From an uncultured Actinomycetota bacterium (GTDB taxonomy: Bacteria; Actinomycetota; Actinomycetes; S36-B12; UBA10799): a DNA stretch of 64,000 bases. The stretch is from NCBI GenBank assembly GCA_963733395.1, contig CAVTCZ010000005.1, forward strand, positions 232,323-296,322. Reading direction: 5' to 3'. The position numbers were made by a program, and so were the translations under genes. Shown one piece after another: positions 59,385 to 64,000 of the stretch. Every line of letters starts with the position of its first letter. Within the stretch, counting starts at the first letter, position 1. The notes beneath the pieces were generated by a model. The model was given only the letters and a program-made list of their open reading frames with translations. It was not told the origin of the DNA and made no database searches.

Positions 59385-61323
59385 ATGACACTCAACCTGC
59401 AGTGGCAGGACACCTCGGTGCGGGCCCAGGACGACTTCTACCGGCACTGGTTGGGTCAGTGGCTGGACACGTTCACGATTCCGGAGGACAAGGCGGAGTT
59501 CGCCTCCTTCACCGATCTGCACGACACGGCGCAGGAACAATTGAAGGCCATCATCGACGAGTTGTCCGCGGCAGCCCCGGACCCCGACTCCAACGCCGGC
59601 CGGATCGCGGTGCTCTTCAACGCCTTCATGGACACCGATGAGATCGACCGGGTCGGCCTCGAACCGATCGCCGACCTGTTCGCCGAGGTCGATGCCCTTG
59701 ACCTCGACCGCGCAATTGCCGGAGTTCTTCGGCCGGCTCGAGCGCGAGGGGGTCGGCTCGCCGTTGGGTGGCGCAGTGCACCAGGACAACCGGGACTCGA
59801 CCAAGTACGTGCTCGACATGTGGCAGAGCGGGTTGGGCATGCCCGACCGCGACTACTACCTTGAGGACGCGTTCGCCGGCCACCGCGAGGCGTACCTGCA
59901 ACACGTTGCGGCGATGCTCGAGCGATGCGGGGTCGGCACGGCCGAGGACGCCGACCGGATCCTGGCGCTGGAGACCCGGATGGCGCGGGCCCACTGGACG
60001 AAGGTCGCCAATCGCGACCCGGTCAAGACGTACAACCAGTACCAGCTCGACGAACTCTCGGAACTCACTCCCGGCTACGACTGGCCCGGCTACCTGGGAG
60101 CGGCGGGGGTGACCGGCCGGATCCAGACGCTGAACATCGCGCAGCCGGACTACGCGCAGGCGTACGCGGCCATGCTCGACGAGGTCGGACTGGACGACTG
60201 GAAGCCCTACCTGCGCTGGCGGATCCTCAGCTCCTTCACCGGGCTGCTGTCGGAGGAGACGGTGCAGGCCAGTTTCGAGTTCTACGGCAAGGTGCTGCGC
60301 GGGGTGCCCCAGATGCGTCCGCGCTGGAAGCGGGGCGTGGACCTCGTGGAGGGGATGGTCGGCGAGGCGCTCGGCCAGGAGTACGTCGCGCGGCACTTCC
60401 CGCCGGAGAACAAGGCCCGCATGGTCGAGCTCGTGGACAACCTGCTCGCCGCCTTCGAGCAGTCCATCGACGGCTTGGAATGGATGACCGACACCACCAA
60501 GCGTGAGGCGCATGCCAAGTTGGCCAAGTTCACCGGCAAGATCGGCTACCCGGATGTCTGGAAGGACTACTCGGACATGCGGTTGGTGCCGGGCGGGCTG
60601 ATCGCTTCGGTGCGGACCGCCCGGGCGTGGCACCACGAGTACGAGGTGAACAAGCTCGGTGGTCCGGTGGACCGCACCGAGTGGCACATGAACCCGCAGA
60701 CGGTCAACGCCTACTACAACCCCGAGATGAACGAGATCGTGTTCCCGGCGGCGATCCTGCAGCCGCCGTTCTTCACGATGGCCGCCGACGACGCGGTCAA
60801 CTACGGAGCGATCGGCGCGGTGATCGGCCACGAGATCTCGCACGGTTTCGACGACCAGGGCTCGCAGTTCGACGGCGAGGGCAACCTGCGCAACTGGTGG
60901 TCCGACTCCGACCATGAGGCGTTCTCCGACCGCACCCGCGCCTTGGTCGACCAGTACGCGGCGTACGAGCCGGTCGAAGGTCACCATGTGAACGGCGAGC
61001 TGACGCTGGGCGAGAACATCGCCGATGTCTCGGGATTGGCAGTCGCATACCGGGCGTACCTGCTGTCCTTGGCCGGTGAGCAAGCCCCGGAACTGGACGG
61101 CTTGACCGGCGAGCAGCGGTTCTTCGTCGGCTTCACGCACGTGTGGCGGGCGAAGACCCGACCGGAGGAGACGGTTCGCCGGATCACCATCGACCCGCAC
61201 TCACCGCCGGAGTTCCGGGTATTCGGCACCCTGGTGAACACCGACGCGTTCTTCGAGGCGTTCGATGTCCAGCCCGGGGACGGCATGTGGCGCGATGCGT
61301 CCGAGCGCGTGCGGATCTGGTAG
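59385..61323 (+). pseudogene. pepO: M13-family zinc endopeptidase (PepO/neprilysin-like), one frame change
   Basis: The N-terminal 105 aa (DDFYRHWLGQW..) are in the frame of 59385. From ~59700 the continuation QLPEFFGRLEREGVGSPLG.. is in the frame of ORF 59638..61323. That frame contains NAYYNP, VIGHEISHGFD (HExxH) and GENIAD. Confidence 0.8.
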
Positions 61324-62490
61324 GTGGCGCCGGACAAGGACGACGGGGCGTTCTACCAACCCTGGCAGGACCCGGAGCGCGACTACGCCGCCGCGCCGCC
61401 CCCGACCTCGCACACGGGAGTGGCCGGCGAGGTCGAGAAGGGTGTCCTCGGGGTGGGCCGGTTGGTGGATCGCGCCCAGTCGCGGTTCGCGCCCGTGGCC
61501 TTCGGGTACGCGGTGTTCAAGAAGTACGCCGATGATGAGGGCAGTCGGCTGGCGGCACTGCTCGCCTACTACTTCTTCCTGAGCATCTTCCCGCTCGCGA
61601 TCGGCGGCTACGCGGTCCTGCGGACCATCGCCGACAACAACCCCGACCTGGTCAACCAACTCGTCGAGCAGGTCGTTCCGCCGGAATACCAGGATCAGAT
61701 CATCAGTTCCTACGACACGCTGCCCAGCGGCGGGGCTGCTTTCTGGGTGGCACTCATCGGTCTGCTGCTGGCGGGTACCGGTGGTGCGTTCGCGATCTAC
61801 GCGATGGTCAACCAGGTCTTCTGTGTGCCATATCGCTTCCGCTACGGATTCGGCCCCCGATACATCCGGGTGCTGCTGATGCTGCTCGTGCTCGGGATCG
61901 GGGTCATGCTCATCGCCGGCGCCTCGCTGTTGAGCGCCCAGCACGTGCCCGCCTCGTGGCAGGGCCTGGTATCCGGCCTTGCCACCTTCGTTGTGGTCGC
62001 CACCATCCTGTTCCTGGCGCCCAAGATCCTCGCCCGTCGGCCCATCCGCACCGCGGAGGTCGTCGTGGGCGCGGTGGTGGGGGCCCTGGCCTTCACGCTG
62101 ATCCTCGCGCTGGCCGGTGTGATCACCGCCCGCTTCCTCGACAACTCCTCGGCGGTCTACGGCGCCATGACCACGGTGGTTGCCTTCATCTCGGTGCTGT
62201 TCCTGGCGTCGAATGCGACAGTGCTCAGCTACGAGGCGTCGGTGGTCTGGGCCTGGCGGTTGTGGCCGCGGGGAGTGGACATCAACAACCTGTTCCCCGC
62301 CGACGACCGCGCCTACACGCTGCTGTCGTTGATGGACGAGCGCATGCCCTCGCAGCGCAACGGGATCTACTTCGACGCGACCGGCCACGACGATCCTCGG
62401 CGACCCGACCTGGAGGCGTTGATGCGCCGGCCCGAAGGGGTGCCGCGCTCGCCGTACGAGGTGCAACCCGAGTCGGCGGAACCGGGATGA
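61324..62490 (+). CDS. YihY/BrkB-family inner membrane protein
   Basis: Intact 388-aa ORF with AALLAYYFFLSIFPL and about 6 TM helices. Confidence 0.8.
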   Translation: MAPDKDDGAFYQPWQDPERDYAAAPPPTSHTGVAGEVEKGVLGVGRLVDRAQSRFAPVAFGYAVFKKYADDEGSRLAALLAYYFFLSIFPLAIGGYAVLRTIADNNPDLVNQLVEQVVPPEYQDQIISSYDTLPSGGAAFWVALIGLLLAGTGGAFAIYAMVNQVFCVPYRFRYGFGPRYIRVLLMLLVLGIGVMLIAGASLLSAQHVPASWQGLVSGLATFVVVATILFLAPKILARRPIRTAEVVVGAVVGALAFTLILALAGVITARFLDNSSAVYGAMTTVVAFISVLFLASNATVLSYEASVVWAWRLWPRGVDINNLFPADDRAYTLLSLMDERMPSQRNGIYFDATGHDDPRRPDLEALMRRPEGVPRSPYEVQPESAEPG

Positions 62491-62912
62491 CGATGGGGAC
62501 CTGGGACGCGTATCGGCGCGGGCTCGCCGCCTACAACGCCGGTGACCTCGATGCATACCTGCGGGAGTTCGCCGAGGACGCCGTGTTGCAGCGTCCGGAC
62601 GGCGACGCCACGGGCCGCGCGGCGATCCGCGGGGTGTGGGATCGGGAACTGCGGACATTCCCGGATCGATTCCTCGTCGTGCTCGCCAGTGCCGTGCAAG
62701 ACGGTGTCGTGGCCGTTGAGTGGTTGTGGAAGGGCACGAACACCGGGCCTGTCCACGCGCCCGACGGGAGACTGCTTCCAGCGACCGGCCGACACGTGGA
62801 ACTGCGCGGCATGGAGATCGCGCAGTACCGGGGCGAGGTGATCGTCGCCTATCGCATGTACTGGGATCATCGACAGGTCCAGCGCCAACTCGCCGGCGCC
62901 TCGGGTGCCTGA
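62487..62912 (+). CDS. SnoaL-like/NTF2-fold protein
   Basis: The ATG at 62487 is in an ATGA overlap. The 141-aa protein has YRRGLAAYNAGDLDAYLREFAEDAVL, typical of SnoaL-like domains. Confidence 0.7.
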   Translation: MTMGTWDAYRRGLAAYNAGDLDAYLREFAEDAVLQRPDGDATGRAAIRGVWDRELRTFPDRFLVVLASAVQDGVVAVEWLWKGTNTGPVHAPDGRLLPATGRHVELRGMEIAQYRGEVIVAYRMYWDHRQVQRQLAGASGA

Positions 62913-62917
62913 CCGGT

Positions 62918-63757
62918 TCAGCCGAACTCCGAGATCGCCAACCGCTCGCACGGTTGCCAGTTCTGATCCGGGTAGATGTCCTCGAGCCGCAGCAACGCCC
63001 CCTCGATGTCGTCCGGCTTGACGGAGACCCCGAGGTGGGTGAACGGGGTGGCGAACATGCTCAGCGCTCCGACCACACCCATCGTGAACACCAGGCAGGC
63101 GCCGATCAGGATCAGCGCCGTGCGCGGTCGGTCGGGCAGGCTGACCATCATCAGCGCGGCGAACACGAACACGCCCAGGTCGATGACGATCCACACGATC
63201 AGAGGGAGGCTGAACACCGAACTGAGGATCCGCTTCTGGCGGGCGTTCTGCGCTTCCTGGAAGGCCGTCATCGTCTGGGCCTGCGCCTCCTGCTGCGTGT
63301 TCGTCCGGGTGGGGAGGTCGCCGATGCTGGTGCGCACCCGGGCCGCCCACGCAGCAGTGTTCTCGTCGCCGGTCAGATCCCCGCTCTCGGCCGAAGCCCA
63401 GGAATCCGTGGCCACCGAACGCATCAGGCAGATCGTGTCTCGCCGGAGTTGGTCGGCGGGAGTCGCGGGGAAGAAGTCGGCATTCTCGTAGACGTCGGCC
63501 AGAGCGACCGCTTCGTCCCGGGCGCTCTGCCGCACCTCCTCGTAGACCTGCACGGAGAAGAAGAGCATCAGGCCCAGCATGATCCCGAGCACGCCGCTGA
63601 CGTAGGCGAGTGCGTCGGTGAAGAAGCCCGCTGCGGACTCAGTGCTGTCCTGCGCGAGTTCGTTGGTCTGCAGGTGGCGGCGCAGCAGGATCCCGACCGC
63701 TATCCCGAGGCCGGTGCTGAGGAGCAGTCCGAGCCAGTTCAGCACCACCAGAGTCAC
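62918..63757 (-). CDS. DUF4239-like membrane protein
   Basis: Intact 279-aa ORF with two N-terminal and two C-terminal TM helices around a soluble helical segment. Confidence 0.7.
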   Translation of the reverse strand: MTLVVLNWLGLLLSTGLGIAVGILLRRHLQTNELAQDSTESAAGFFTDALAYVSGVLGIMLGLMLFFSVQVYEEVRQSARDEAVALADVYENADFFPATPADQLRRDTICLMRSVATDSWASAESGDLTGDENTAAWAARVRTSIGDLPTRTNTQQEAQAQTMTAFQEAQNARQKRILSSVFSLPLIVWIVIDLGVFVFAALMMVSLPDRPRTALILIGACLVFTMGVVGALSMFATPFTHLGVSVKPDDIEGALLRLEDIYPDQNWQPCERLAISEFG

Positions 63758-64000
63758 TGGGCAATACTGGCACGGCTGACGTGCGGGTGGGGAGACTTGA
63801 ACTCAGGGAAAGCCTGTCCGGTGCTGTCGTGTCACGTCCGGCTGGTCGTGTTCTGAGCACGAATCGGCGAGGTAACGCCCTCGTCTGGTACTGCTCGTAC
63901 GGGCCTGTCGCGTGCTGTTGAGTAGATGGGAAGTAGATGGGACGGCCTGACCGCCTGTGCGTAGGCGGCGAGAATCCGCGGCCTTGATTGCAGGTCCGTG

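Noticed and set aside
63790-63835. tRNA-like T-loop on the minus strand (..cctgaGTTCAAGTCtccccacccgcac..)
   Set aside because: The T-stem pairs at only 3 of 5 positions. There is no matching 5' acceptor strand, anticodon arm or CCA context within 90 nt. At most it is a degraded tRNA 3' fragment, and I cannot support a tRNA gene.

Overview
GC-rich, actinobacterial-type chromosomal segment. Third codon positions are almost all G/C, shadow ORFs are long, and many gene junctions are ATGA/GTGA overlaps. I support about 60 protein-coding loci. By eye I found no rRNA, tRNA, CRISPR array, transposase or integrase.

Recognisable modules:
- An agmatine deiminase operon: ptcA, an APC permease, aguA and a TetR gene (13.3-17.6 kb).
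- An arginine deiminase locus: arcA-arcB divergent from a YfcC/ArcD-type carrier (41.8-46.0 kb).
- pckG.
- The conserved actinobacterial block clpS-DUF2017-mec-cysO-cysM-murI-MBL-rph-rdgB (53.6-59.4 kb).
- A three-gene envelope glycosylation operon: membrane protein, GT2-GtrA fusion and GT39/ArnT-like enzyme (26.0-29.5 kb).
- Three c-di-GMP genes.
- A vapBC pair.
- A WhiB3-like regulator.
- An unusually dense set of secreted cell-wall enzymes: three paralogous Cys-His amidase-like proteins, M23, PBP4, GH18, and a PG-binding protein.

Main hunt results:
1. TGTGA-N6-TCAC (CRP/GlxR-type) boxes sit in front of all three paralogous secreted amidase-like genes and in the whiB3/DUF3039 intergenic region. 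Weaker copies lie upstream of the M23 and GH18 genes. This suggests a cAMP-receptor-type regulon of wall hydrolases.
2. There are about 29 frame changes in 17 genes. By frame arithmetic 24 are single-base insertions, and they are strongly clustered, with about 18 in the first 14 kb and none from 13.95 to 26.4 kb. This is either insertion-type assembly error or genuine gene decay, and I cannot separate the two from sequence alone.
3. Three structured intergenic repeat types are present. One is a 73-bp tandem repeat with internal inverted GATTGCGC motifs. One is a 3+3 inverted array of CGTTAGTCC with 19-bp period. One is a 50-bp palindrome family with compensatory substitutions.

All product calls come from motif and family recognition by eye. 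No database search was run.
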